64,000 nucleotides of DNA, from NCBI GenBank assembly GCA_039815375.1, contig JBCBZJ010000003.1, forward strand, positions 192,001 through 256,000, given 5' to 3'. The stretch is from Verrucomicrobiota bacterium (GTDB taxonomy: Bacteria > Verrucomicrobiota > Verrucomicrobiia > Opitutales > Coraliomargaritaceae). A program made the translations under genes and the position numbers. Under the pieces are notes generated by a model. That model made no database searches. It saw nothing but the letters and a program-made list of their open reading frames with translations, and was not told the DNA's origin. This document shows positions 18,834-28,866 of this stretch, piece after piece (positions within the stretch are counted from its first letter, which is position 1; each line of letters opens with the position of its first letter).

Positions 18834-20951
18834 CTAGAAACGGCCAGTTATAGAGAAGCGTGCGCTGATTGGCGCGCCGACTGTGGCCTGGTGCGTGCTG
18901 TGTGAACTTGGGTAGTATTCTTCGTCGAAGAGATTTTCTATGTTCACCTGGAGCCTTAGGTTCTCATTGATCTGATAGTAGGCTGCTGCATCAACGCGAA
19001 CGAAGTCAGGGAGTGTGGCACTGTTGCTATTGTTGATGAAGCTTTCATCCTGATAGATTGCGCCGAGACCCAGAGCAAATTGCTCGGTGAATTGGTATCG
19101 ATTCCAGATCGAGAAGGTATTTTGAGGCAATTCGCGAGGGTCGTTTCCTTCAAGAGCAGGGTCGTTATCGAATTTTTCGACTTCACCCTCCAGGTAACTG
19201 TAGCCTGCGGACAAAAACCAGTTTTCGGTGATTTGACCTGCGAGTTGAGCTTCAAAGCCTTGGACCTCTCTTTCAATTTTTGCCACCAAAGATGGATCAT
19301 TATCGTCAGTCTCACGCGAATCTTCATCGATTTGGAAGATCGCTGCAGTCAGGCTGAAGCCGTCGGCGAAGTCCCATTTAACACCTGCTTCGAGATTGCT
19401 GAATTCGTCTGGGTCAAGGCCCGCATCACCAAGGTTGGCGAATTGCTCGCCGCTCTGAGGAAGGAAGGTTTCGCTGTAGCTGGCGTAGAGTGAGATGTTC
19501 TTCTGCGGCTTGTAGATGATGCCACCGCGAGGGGTGAACTCCTCGTCCTTCTGGCTGCCGTTAGTTGTGCCGGATACGTCGATGTCGAAGCTATCAAAGC
19601 GAGCACCGAGCACGAGTGTGAGTTCTTCAAGAAGCTGGATTTCGTCCTGAATGTAGAAGGAGAAAACTTCAAGGTCTGTTTCGGTGTCGTCGTTGAGATC
19701 GGTGAAAGGACCTGCATCAAGACCGCCGGCGTTGAAGCCGACGCCCGGGATGTTGCGCTGGCTAATAAGAAAATCCTGTTGGTCTTCTGTGTCAGGGCCT
19801 GGATCAAAGTCTGGGTTGAAACGGTCGTTCTCGGACTGGCTGTCGATGTATTCTGCACCGAAGAGGATCTTGTGCTCGATATCGCCGGTTTCGAGTTCGG
19901 CAATCAAGTTGCCCGAGAGCACGAAATTTTCTCGCTGTGTAGTGTCAACGTATCCGTCCAGGGTAACCGTATCTGGGTCGCCCGCTTCGTCGTATCCTGC
20001 TGCGTAGAAGTTAGAGTAGAGCTTATCATAGTCGCCGTAGGACGCGGTCAGATTGCCCTTCAATACGTCGGAGAACCTGTGCTGAAGCAATGCACGGAAG
20101 ACATGCGCTTCGAATTCCGAAAAGTTCCGGTCCGGGTCGCCGAAGACAATGCCGTCGAGTGCGTCGACTGGCTCGCCATCTGAACCGGTTGGAATACCGC
20201 GGTCGATCGAACGGTCGTAGTCGAGATACTCGTAGGATACATCCAAAGTTGTGTCCTCGCTTAGAATAAACTTGAAGGTTGGGGTTACACCAAAAGCGTC
20301 ACCATCAGAGAAATCGCGATGATTTTCGAAGGCATCGTAGTAGGCGTTGAGGCGGAATGCTGAGCTTTCGTTGATACTTACATTGCCGTCGACCTGAGCA
20401 TCGTATCCGCCGAAGGTATCAACGCTGAGTGAATAGCCATAGAACTCTTCACCTATTTCAGCTTTCTTCGTAACACGGTTGAGAATACCACCAGCGCCGC
20501 CACGGCCAAAGAGGAGTGCATTTGGTCCGCGAAGGATCTCGACCTGCTCAATATTGTAGAGCGGGCGGTAATATTGCACGTCATCGCGAACGCTATCGAC
20601 ATAGAAGTCAGCAGTCGAACGCACGCCGCGGAAGACGACGGCGTCACGGTGAGCCTCACCCTGGGAGATGTTTACTCCTGGAGTGTAAGCAACGATGTCT
20701 TCAATGCTGTCAAAGCCACGAAGGGAAATCTCTTCAGCACTAGTCAACGAGAGACTCTGTGGCACGTTAATGATCGGAGTCGGCGTCTTGAGCGCATTGA
20801 CCTGGTCATTATAGAGGGAATTGCCCGTTACGGCATATTCGCTGAGTTCGACAGGGTTCTCGTCGGTATCTTTCTGCCCGTAGAGCGTAGATGCAGACAG
20901 CAGCAGGGATAATGCTGCTGTCCTTGTGAGTGTTGTGACTCGTTTATTCAT
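18834..20951 (-). CDS. TonB-dependent siderophore receptor
   Basis: Signal peptide; TPIINVPQS; VEILRGPNALLFGRGGAGGILNRVTK; NIENLFDEEY; terminal Phe; upstream Fur-like boxes. Confidence 0.9.
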   Translation of the reverse strand: MNKRVTTLTRTAALSLLLSASTLYGQKDTDENPVELSEYAVTGNSLYNDQVNALKTPTPIINVPQSLSLTSAEEISLRGFDSIEDIVAYTPGVNISQGEAHRDAVVFRGVRSTADFYVDSVRDDVQYYRPLYNIEQVEILRGPNALLFGRGGAGGILNRVTKKAEIGEEFYGYSLSVDTFGGYDAQVDGNVSINESSAFRLNAYYDAFENHRDFSDGDAFGVTPTFKFILSEDTTLDVSYEYLDYDRSIDRGIPTGSDGEPVDALDGIVFGDPDRNFSEFEAHVFRALLQHRFSDVLKGNLTASYGDYDKLYSNFYAAGYDEAGDPDTVTLDGYVDTTQRENFVLSGNLIAELETGDIEHKILFGAEYIDSQSENDRFNPDFDPGPDTEDQQDFLISQRNIPGVGFNAGGLDAGPFTDLNDDTETDLEVFSFYIQDEIQLLEELTLVLGARFDSFDIDVSGTTNGSQKDEEFTPRGGIIYKPQKNISLYASYSETFLPQSGEQFANLGDAGLDPDEFSNLEAGVKWDFADGFSLTAAIFQIDEDSRETDDNDPSLVAKIEREVQGFEAQLAGQITENWFLSAGYSYLEGEVEKFDNDPALEGNDPRELPQNTFSIWNRYQFTEQFALGLGAIYQDESFINNSNSATLPDFVRVDAAAYYQINENLRLQVNIENLFDEEYYPSSHSTHQATVGAPISARFSITGRF

Positions 20952-21000
20952 ATGTATGTTAAGCTAGGGTTTGTTTGACTTTTTGTTTTGCTGCGATCCT

Positions 21001-21073
21001 TATTGAGACGGAGTCGCGAGTTCGAGCAGCACATACAGAAAATTACAGGAGGCAAGATAATGAGTCTCAATAA
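21001..21073. promoter_or_regulatory. Two Fur-like boxes upstream of the siderophore receptor
   Basis: TATTGAGACGGAGTCGCGA (21001) and CAAGATAATGAGTCTCAATAA (21053). Confidence 0.65.
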
Positions 21074-21261
21074 CAGAAAATATTTTGCATGGCATTTCCT
21101 ACGCTAATAATTTTCGGCATATCTAGTCTGTTTGCTTTATTTATAAAACGTTAGTTTTCGAGCGTCAGAATATCCGTATTTTAGCGTGTTATGCTGAGGA
21201 CTTGTCCGCATGAAGCCCCCCGGTTGTGGATTAACCGGGCACTCGGGCTGATCGTGATTTG

Positions 21262-21822
21262 CTAGGGACGAGCGTAGAAGACCGCATTAGGCTTGTCTTT
21301 TCCGGCTTTTCCGAGGCGTCGTGCAATTTTCCAACCATCCAGTTCGAGCTCAAGACTGCCGGGCATCTCGAAGCAGATCAATCCACCCTCGGCGACGATA
21401 GGCGAGATGTGTTCTACAAAAATATCAGGAATCCGGGTCTCGATCATGGCGTAGGGCGGGTCCATGAAGATGATATCAAAAGGTCCGAGACCGCGTGGGA
21501 TAGTGTAGATTTTTTGGGCCAGTAAAGGCCAGTCGTCGGAACTCGCGTTGCAGCTTTTAACCACAGCGGCGATATTCTTGCGCAGGCACGCCACTGCATC
21601 AGGGCTATTTTCGACGAATAGGCCGCCGCTTGCCCCGCGACTCATCGCTTCGAGGCCGTAGGCACCTGTGCCGGCGAAGAGATCGGCGATTCGGGCACCT
21701 TCGATACGTGAGCCAAGGGAGGAGAAGACGGCTTCGCGAAGTTGGTCTGTTGCGGGGCGTGTGCCATCGCCTTTGGGAGCGGTCAATTGAATGCCGCGAG
21801 CTTTACCTCCAGTGACTCTCAT
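21262..21822 (-). CDS. rsmD: 16S rRNA (guanine966-N2)-methyltransferase
   Basis: MRVTGGKARG, TRPATDQLREAVF, DLFAGTGAYGLEAMSRGA, DPPY. Confidence 0.92.
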   Translation of the reverse strand: MRVTGGKARGIQLTAPKGDGTRPATDQLREAVFSSLGSRIEGARIADLFAGTGAYGLEAMSRGASGGLFVENSPDAVACLRKNIAAVVKSCNASSDDWPLLAQKIYTIPRGLGPFDIIFMDPPYAMIETRIPDIFVEHISPIVAEGGLICFEMPGSLELELDGWKIARRLGKAGKDKPNAVFYARP

Positions 21823-22178
21823 GGCACTCCGTTCAAAGACATTTCTGAATAAAATAAACAATCAAATCCATTTTGAATGCCGAATATCTGAAAGAGGTTT
21901 CCAAACACTTTTCCCATGCGGATCGATCCGGCTTCTTTGTCGAACCGAAATTATGCCATAGGCTGAGCAACTGTGCTCCGCAAACAAAGATCATAGTTTC
22001 GAAAGCACGTTTGCATCGTTTTGGTAGAATTGGTTGTTACTATGGAAGTAGAACCAAGGTCTTTCATTTTTTGAGGCTGCACCATTGTATTTTGAGGAAA
22101 TGGCTGTCTTGGAATGCCCTGTGCTATTCATCTGGTCTCGAAGCTTTGTGAGAACCGAAGCAGAATCGGACCAAGTAG

Positions 22179-23564
22179 GTGTCACTTTTTACGCGCATAT
22201 TTCGGGACCCTTTCGGGTTTCAGGCTCTCGGGCAGTTCAGGTTTGGAACCTATTTTAGCTTTTTCAACGCTTTGACTTGGCTGATTGTTGTTGGTTCGCC
22301 GATGGTGCTGATGGCCGAACATCTGGGAGCAACGGCTTTCCAGGTCGGACTTCTCTACTCGGCGGTCATGCTCTTCGTGCCTTTGCAGATGATGGCCGCG
22401 GCATTATTGCCCTACTTGGGGTACAAGCGGCAGATTGTTTTAACCTGGTCTGCGAGAACCGTCTTACTCATTATTCCGATAGCTATCGCACTGTTCGAGC
22501 CTGATGAGGCAAGGCCGCTTGCTCTTAATATCTTCATTGGAACGATCTTTGGCTACTGCTTTATCCGCTCGCTTGGAGCTTGTGCTTTGCTTCCCTGGTT
22601 TGTGGAAATTGTGCCGGAGAAGCTTCGGGGCCGTTTCTTTTCGGCCGATTCCTTCGTCATAGGCTCTGCCGGAGTGATCATACTACTCTTAAGCAGTGCC
22701 TTGTTTGCATTCTTCGAAACTTACGATGCCTTCGCACTTTTGTTCATTGGTGCGATCTGTGGTGCTGTCACCAGCATTCGATTTGTTATGAAGCTGCCTG
22801 ATGGAAAGCGCCCCGAGGTTCTTTCATTTCCGAGGATGCTAAACCGATGGTCTGCTCTTCTCACTGAGCCGAGTTACTTTAGAATCTTTCTTCTCTTACA
22901 GATTGTTCACTCGCTGACGGCTTTTGGTCTTACCCCATTTACGGTCTATTATCTCAAGCGTTCACTCGATTACGGGATAAGTTATATTATGTTTTTAAGT
23001 GCACTCCAGTATATCGGGATGTCGGTCGGTGCGCTATCGATAAAAGATCATATGGATCGATTTGGAGTGCGGCCATTCTTTGTGGTTACGCATGCCGCAG
23101 TTTTGTTTGTCATCTTCTACTGGTGCTTGCTCGTCCTTGGATTCAAGTCTCTCTCAATGCTCTTGCCGGTGACTTTTTTTACGACAGGTATGGCGACGGC
23201 GGGATATTTTACGGCAACTAACAAATATATGGCGAAGGTTTGCCGCCCTCGCGAACGTTCGATTGTTATCGCACTTTTTCAATCAACAGTCGGTCTCACG
23301 GCCGGGCTTGCGGCAACTGTCTGGGGTCAGATTCTTAAAGATACTTCAACGGGTGAAATTGTTGGGTCTCGTTTTCTGATTTATCTGGGAGTGTTTTCCG
23401 TGATTCAGTGCTACATGTGTTGGGGTTATTCCAGAATTCGTGAGAAAGGTCTTCCGAATCTACAAGCACAAGATGTCTCAGGCTGGAATCGTCCTTTGCG
23501 CTATTTCTTTGGCTTTGTAAATCTTGTGGAACCTCGACGGTCGAAGAAGCCGCCAACTCCTTAG
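22179..23564 (+). CDS. MFS transporter
   Basis: About 12 hydrophobic segments; LRGRFF and DRFGVRP loop motifs. Confidence 0.8.
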   Translation: MSLFTRIFRDPFGFQALGQFRFGTYFSFFNALTWLIVVGSPMVLMAEHLGATAFQVGLLYSAVMLFVPLQMMAAALLPYLGYKRQIVLTWSARTVLLIIPIAIALFEPDEARPLALNIFIGTIFGYCFIRSLGACALLPWFVEIVPEKLRGRFFSADSFVIGSAGVIILLLSSALFAFFETYDAFALLFIGAICGAVTSIRFVMKLPDGKRPEVLSFPRMLNRWSALLTEPSYFRIFLLLQIVHSLTAFGLTPFTVYYLKRSLDYGISYIMFLSALQYIGMSVGALSIKDHMDRFGVRPFFVVTHAAVLFVIFYWCLLVLGFKSLSMLLPVTFFTTGMATAGYFTATNKYMAKVCRPRERSIVIALFQSTVGLTAGLAATVWGQILKDTSTGEIVGSRFLIYLGVFSVIQCYMCWGYSRIREKGLPNLQAQDVSGWNRPLRYFFGFVNLVEPRRSKKPPTP

Positions 23565-23848
23565 TCCAAAGAGCGCCCTTGGCGTCTGGCGTAATCTTTT
23601 GGCGAGTGAGTTTTTAATGCGTTGACAGTTTCCCCAACCGTTTAATTCTCCGTGCCGTAGCCATGGTTGTTGGTTCTGGTTGTTGGTAGTCGAATCATTA
23701 ACGCCTCGACGGCGACCATGAGCTACACCCCCGACCATCCTTTTTCGGCCAGCTGGATGGAAGCTTTCCTGAAGAACGGTTTTGTCAGAAAAATCCTGCT
23801 TTCCGGATTCCATGCTTATCTGGACATTTCTCTCGAAGAAACTCCATT

Positions 23849-23864
23849 CGGCACGCTAAGCGCT
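23849..23864 (+). promoter_or_regulatory. sigma54 -24/-12 promoter
   Basis: CGGCACGCTAAGCGCT (GG-N10-GC); predicted +1 about 2 nt before ATG 23877. Confidence 0.5.
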
Positions 23865-23876
23865 GCATTGAGTTGA

Positions 23877-24857
23877 ATGCGGACACTGTTGTTTTGGAAC
23901 AGGGAGCTGGTAACGCGCTTTGTTGTTTTATTTTTCGTATTATCTTTTTGTAGTTCGGCTCGCGCAGTGAGATCGATCCGTTTTCAACCGGACTGGTTTC
24001 CTAATGGGCAATTCGCTGGATTCTTTTTAGCGGCAGAAAATGGCTACTATGAAGAATACGGGTTTTCTGTAGACTTTGCCGGATTCGGATTTGGAGTCGA
24101 TTTTGTGGAGGAGGTTGTTTCGAAGCGTGCGCATTTTGGAACCATTGAAAGCTACATTTTTCTTGATCGCGTTGCGAAGGGGGAACCGCTTGTTGCCATT
24201 GGAGCGGTGCTCGCGACAAGCCCTGCGGGATACATTTATTTGAAGTCTTCCGGGATCGAGGAGTTTGCCGACCTCAAAGGTCGATTGCTTGGTGTGCACA
24301 ATTATGCGGAAGGGCTTGTGCAACTCTTCGAAAAAGAAGCAGGATTAACTTTCGGAGCGGTCAATTTGAAGAAGGTTGAACATGATCTATCAATCCTTCT
24401 CGACGGGCAGGTTGATGCACACCAGGGCTTTGCTATAGACGAGATGCTTAGCTTGCAAAAAAAGACTGAAGAAGCAGTCGATATTCTTTTGTTTGAGGAG
24501 CTTGGTTTGCCAATGTATTCAATGGTTATCTATACTTCGAGAGAGACCTTGGCTGAAGAGCCGGAGATTGTAGAAGGCTTTCTCGAAGCGACGGCCAAGG
24601 GCTGGTCTAAGGCAATAGATCAGCCGGAGAAAGCGGCTGTCGTTATCAGCGAAAAGCATCCGCATCCTGAAGTAAAGGACACGATCTTAGCGGAGCAGAT
24701 CAAGATGATTGGCGATTTTATTAATCTTGATGCTGCGAATCCGAAAATGCGCACAGAGCTAGAGCGTTGGGAATCCATGCAAAAAGCCTTTATCCAAAGT
24801 GGCTTGCTGGCAGAACCTGTAGATTTGAATACGTGTGTCCTGAATGAAAGAGACTAG
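23877..24857 (+). CDS. NMT1/THI5-like ABC substrate-binding protein
   Basis: Signal peptide; FQPDWFPNGQFAGFFLAAENGYY; FLEATAKGW. Confidence 0.88.
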   Translation: MRTLLFWNRELVTRFVVLFFVLSFCSSARAVRSIRFQPDWFPNGQFAGFFLAAENGYYEEYGFSVDFAGFGFGVDFVEEVVSKRAHFGTIESYIFLDRVAKGEPLVAIGAVLATSPAGYIYLKSSGIEEFADLKGRLLGVHNYAEGLVQLFEKEAGLTFGAVNLKKVEHDLSILLDGQVDAHQGFAIDEMLSLQKKTEEAVDILLFEELGLPMYSMVIYTSRETLAEEPEIVEGFLEATAKGWSKAIDQPEKAAVVISEKHPHPEVKDTILAEQIKMIGDFINLDAANPKMRTELERWESMQKAFIQSGLLAEPVDLNTCVLNERD

Positions 24858-24880
24858 AGGAGTTCGGAACCAAGCTGCTG

Positions 24881-25825
24881 CTAGGGAGTTTTGAGAACTG
24901 CTGTTTCTTTGAGGTAAGCAGTAATGGCATCTAGCTCCGTATCTCCGAAATCCTTGTGGCGGGGCATGATCGTATCGGGATAGACTGTCTTTGGGTCAAC
25001 GATGACGGAGCGAAGGTAGGCCTCGTTGTATTGAGCATGTGTTTGAAGGATGATAAAAGGACGCTCTGCAACATTGCCACCTACACTTCCGGGCCCGAGA
25101 TGGCAGGTGCTACATCGTTGTAGAAAGATTTGCCTTCCCGATCGGGCAATCTTGCTAAGCTGATCCATCGGAGGAGCGAAGTAGGGTGCGTATCGCTCTT
25201 CCGTATTTACCGCACGTATCCCTGACATTTGTGTCGCGGAGATCATGCCGAATTTCGGTGATTCCGGATAGCTGTCGAGCTGACCGTCGATAAAGACATA
25301 AAAAGGTTCCAGCGGTTCAATGTTACCTCCGAACCACGGCCAATTCCCGTCTTTGGGGCTTTCATTATTGTAGTAGAGCAGTAGCAGTGGATTCTTCTCT
25401 TCAATGTAGCTGATCTCCATGAAACTTTCCCAGCGGTCGGTGCATTCGAGCACGAGTCCGTCGCCGTGACTTTGGAGTCCGAGCAAATTGATTAGAGACT
25501 TGAGCGGGATGACACCAAGTTGCGCTTTGCCAGCTTTGGGAACAATCTCGGATTCAATGAGCTTGTAACCATCCAGTTTGGCGAGATCACTTCTTGTCAG
25601 ATATCCGTCCTTAGATTGCCAGGCTCCCGAAAAAAATAGTGAATCCTCCGCAGGCTTTTCAGATCGAAGAGTCAATCGACTTTCGGACCCTTGTGATGAT
25701 GTGCAAAATAGTAAGGCTGAAAATACGATCCACAGAGCATTCGGAGGAAAAAAAGCTCTTGCTGAACCGCGAAGAGGCTTAGTCCAGAGCGGGCTTTGCC
25801 CAAGCATATCTATTCGCATTCGCAA
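24881..25825 (-). CDS. Exported fusion: degenerate sulfite-oxidase/molybdopterin-binding-like domain plus class I cytochrome c
   Basis: CSTCH heme motif, distal MP (IMPRH); paralog of 33101-34006. Start uncertain. Confidence 0.75.
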   Translation of the reverse strand: MRMRIDMLGQSPLWTKPLRGSARAFFPPNALWIVFSALLFCTSSQGSESRLTLRSEKPAEDSLFFSGAWQSKDGYLTRSDLAKLDGYKLIESEIVPKAGKAQLGVIPLKSLINLLGLQSHGDGLVLECTDRWESFMEISYIEEKNPLLLLYYNNESPKDGNWPWFGGNIEPLEPFYVFIDGQLDSYPESPKFGMISATQMSGIRAVNTEERYAPYFAPPMDQLSKIARSGRQIFLQRCSTCHLGPGSVGGNVAERPFIILQTHAQYNEAYLRSVIVDPKTVYPDTIMPRHKDFGDTELDAITAYLKETAVLKTP

Positions 25826-25884
25826 AGACTTTCTCCTCGAAGGCTTAAAATTTTGAAGTCTGGTAGAGCCTCGATCTCGAGGTA

Positions 25885-25930
25885 TAAAAATAAGGTCGGG
25901 CGACAGATTGCCGCCCGACCAGTTTTTTTT
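25885..25930. terminator. Bidirectional-type intrinsic terminator downstream of the TonB receptor
   Basis: GGTCGGGCG..CGCCCGACC with T-rich tails on both strands. Confidence 0.75.
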
Positions 25931-25942
25931 AACAAACCCCGA

Positions 25943-28456
25943 CTAGAATTTGTATTTGAAGGAAAAGATGTAAGTCCGCTCGGGTGCTTTTGTGACCAGT
26001 GTATTCGCTGCGAAAACCGGATCAGAGCCGAGGAAGTAATCCTCATCCGTCAGGTTTTCGATTGAAGCGCCGATCTCCCATTTTTCAGTGGAGTACTTTG
26101 CTCCGATACCAAAAATTAGTGCATCCGGGAGTTCAATTTGATGGTCAAAATCGAGGAAAAACTCTTCCTGATAGATCATGCTTGCGGTGATCTCAAAACC
26201 GTTCTCGAAGTCGTATGCAGCGAATAGCTTGAAGACCTGCTCAGGCGTTCCGGGATAGACAAGGTCGGTGTTCTCGGGAGGAATGCCGAAATTACCGTCA
26301 ACGTAACGGTCGCGACCATCAAAGCTACCAGTGCCGAAGTTGCTGTTGAGTTCTCCTCCATATAAAGCCCAGTCCGCTTCAGAGAAGGGGATTGTCCGAA
26401 ACGGCAATGGATCCAGGCGCCTTACTTCCTGGGAAGTAAAGGAACCGATAACAGTAAGCTGGTCCGTGACGAGCCAGGTAGCTTCAACTTCGATGCCATC
26501 TCCTTCGAGGGCCTCACTTGCACCGCTGCGTCCGTTGAATGCACTTTGCTCCCACTCATAGTAGGCGATTGACGCGTAGAGTTTGTTGTCCAGCAGACCT
26601 GCTTTGACCCCAACTTCCCACATTTCGTTATCAGCAAAGTTCGCTTCGCCAACGACTGCACCACCTTGGGTTGGATCCATCGATGTGCCCTCTTGATAAT
26701 TGCCGTATAGGAATACCCCTTCGATCGTCTCAAGGTTGAAACCGAGACTGAAATTGATGAAATCCGTATCTCCGTCTCCGTCGTCTTCGAAGGCTATAAT
26801 GTCCAGCGGATCAACTGACTGAAGCTCTGAAGGAACATCGGCATCGAATTCTGCGATCTCACCACGAACCGATGCATTAATAGTAAGGCGATCGTCCAGA
26901 AGCTTTGATTGGCTGTTGGCGAATAAGGCATATTGCATAAGCTCGGATTCAACGTTGCCGCCGATTCCGCCGAAACCACCATCCCAGAAGTTTACTCCGT
27001 CAAGAGTGGTCTGGCCACCTGCAAGAATAATCGAGTTCGCGCTGATGATTGGTTGAGTGATGTCACGACGACTGAATGGCTCGACCCAAAAGTCCTGAAG
27101 TTGCTTCGCATCAGTGTAGCGTAAACTTACACCTAGATTGACGGTGGTGAACGGGATCAACGTGCGCTCTGTTATGAAAGCTTTGGTCGCCAGAACGGTC
27201 TGCTCCGAGTCAAAGGCATACCCATACGAAGAAAGTTTTTCAGTTTCAAGCGACTCGGCTAAGCCCTTGATTGTAAAGATTCGATCCGAATTGGAATCGA
27301 AGACCAAATCACCAAACAGGACGATGTTGGTCGAATCAGCGAAGTCACTTGGGTCCGTTAGCACCTCATTCCCGTCAATAGACTGCGTGACGGCCTGACC
27401 CCCGTTATCAAAATACTGTTGAGTGTAGACGTATTTTTCAACCCCGTCGGAATCCACAATGAACGCCATGTCATTGATATCGCCAAACTGAGGAACCAGT
27501 GCCTCAGCGACTGATCTCTCGAGGGCAAGTGCTACGTCATTACTCACCTGATTCCGATCGGCAAATCCAAGATTGTTACCGTTGGTGATGTTGATCGCCT
27601 CGCCAATCACATACTGTCCATCATCGATAAGCTCTTGTGTGGGTCGGTTCCAACCAGCGTTTTCGTTTGATTTATAATCAAAATACTCTCCGCCGACAAA
27701 AACGGACATCCCATCTTTTGGACGGAACTTCATGGATGCATAGACCGAGGTGAAATCGTTCGCAAAGTTATCGTAATAACTCTCACCGTCCTGACTCGTT
27801 ATCGAAACTCGAAAGGCGGCTGGTATTTCACCCGGGAGGAGAAAAGGGGAGCCATAATCTGCAGTGACCGTCTTTCGCCCCCAGTTATCCACTTCAAGTT
27901 CGATTGAACCGGATTCTTCGTCGAAGAATGGCGACTTCGGGATCAGGTTGACAAAACCGCCAACAAGCGTCGGTGAATAATCAGCAGGCGCAGGACCTTT
28001 GACGACTTCGATCGCCTCCAACGAACCGAATGACAAAGGCATCTCATTCCGATTAAAGGCACGAAGCATTCCGTTAAGGTAAGTGCCGCCCCTTACGCCA
28101 CGAATTGTAGGTGCTCCCGGCACGCCGTAGTAGTTGATTGCCTGGGTTCCGGCGCCGATCTTCTCAAGGTCTCGAAGGTCATCAATGTTGAACTTGTCGA
28201 GGATCTCAGGTGAAAGGAGTGTGACCGAGCGCGGCACTTCAAAAACGCTTACCGAGTCCCCAAAGAGCCCGGATATCTCCCGATCTGTAGGCATCACCGT
28301 ATCGACAAGCGCCGATTCGGTTTCGTTGAGGATGAAGGTTTCAAGGACGATGGTTTCATCTTCCTCGTCCGCAAGGAGCGAACTGATTCCAACGGCTGGT
28401 AGCAAGAAGATGCATCGAAGCATCTTCGAGGTCTGTATTCGCATATTGGCTGTCAT
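25943..28456 (-). CDS. TonB-dependent receptor, probably for oxidised purines or pterins
   Basis: Signal peptide; TonB box ETIVLETFIL; PRSVT; IEVVKGPA; ENLTDEDY; terminal YKF; riboswitch upstream. Confidence 0.88.
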   Translation of the reverse strand: MTANMRIQTSKMLRCIFLLPAVGISSLLADEEDETIVLETFILNETESALVDTVMPTDREISGLFGDSVSVFEVPRSVTLLSPEILDKFNIDDLRDLEKIGAGTQAINYYGVPGAPTIRGVRGGTYLNGMLRAFNRNEMPLSFGSLEAIEVVKGPAPADYSPTLVGGFVNLIPKSPFFDEESGSIELEVDNWGRKTVTADYGSPFLLPGEIPAAFRVSITSQDGESYYDNFANDFTSVYASMKFRPKDGMSVFVGGEYFDYKSNENAGWNRPTQELIDDGQYVIGEAINITNGNNLGFADRNQVSNDVALALERSVAEALVPQFGDINDMAFIVDSDGVEKYVYTQQYFDNGGQAVTQSIDGNEVLTDPSDFADSTNIVLFGDLVFDSNSDRIFTIKGLAESLETEKLSSYGYAFDSEQTVLATKAFITERTLIPFTTVNLGVSLRYTDAKQLQDFWVEPFSRRDITQPIISANSIILAGGQTTLDGVNFWDGGFGGIGGNVESELMQYALFANSQSKLLDDRLTINASVRGEIAEFDADVPSELQSVDPLDIIAFEDDGDGDTDFINFSLGFNLETIEGVFLYGNYQEGTSMDPTQGGAVVGEANFADNEMWEVGVKAGLLDNKLYASIAYYEWEQSAFNGRSGASEALEGDGIEVEATWLVTDQLTVIGSFTSQEVRRLDPLPFRTIPFSEADWALYGGELNSNFGTGSFDGRDRYVDGNFGIPPENTDLVYPGTPEQVFKLFAAYDFENGFEITASMIYQEEFFLDFDHQIELPDALIFGIGAKYSTEKWEIGASIENLTDEDYFLGSDPVFAANTLVTKAPERTYIFSFKYKF

Positions 28457-28740
28457 TGTGTTGTTGGTTCGTGGTTAGTTGTTAGTCGAATCATAAAATG
28501 GAAAGTGATTAACGGGTGGTGATGCCTGACCGCTTGTAGATGCCTGACGACAGGCATCGCTCTAAAGGCAACAAGCGAAACACGAACCGCTGAAAAATAC
28601 TCTCGAACCTCCCTGCAGTATTTTTGCAGGTGGAGAATTACTTTCAGGTTGCGAGGGAAAAGGCTCCTCGCAGCCTGAAGTCCCATTGGCGATGCGGTGG
28701 TCATTGTTGGATCATTTTTGCGCGGCCGAGACCACGTCTC

Positions 28741-28786
28741 GGAGCAATGACCCGCACGAATTTTTCGCGCTGACTGCTTCTACTCC
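28741..28786 (-). ncRNA. NMT1-motif (xanthine-I) riboswitch aptamer
   Basis: GGAGUAGAAGCAGUCAGCGCGAAAAAUUCGUGCGGGUCAUUGCUCC matches the NMT1 layout as I recall it (GGAGUAGAAGC..CAG-hairpin-..AUUGCUCC). Context is NMT1/THI5 and deaminase genes. Confidence 0.75.
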
Positions 28787-28800
28787 TAAGCGATTAATTG

Positions 28801-28817
28801 AGCTTAAGTCGTGCCAT
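28801..28817 (-). promoter_or_regulatory. sigma54 promoter driving the riboswitch leader
   Basis: TGGCACGACTTAAGCT (GG-N10-GC); predicted +1 about 28790, 4 nt before the aptamer. Confidence 0.65.
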
Positions 28818-28866
28818 TCGAGTCCTAATGGTGATTTTTTGAATAAATATCACCTGATTCACTCAA

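Noticed and set aside
23667..23876. 69-aa ORF as a leader peptide
   Set aside because: No recognisable features, and it contains the sigma54-type promoter of the next gene. It cannot be fully excluded.
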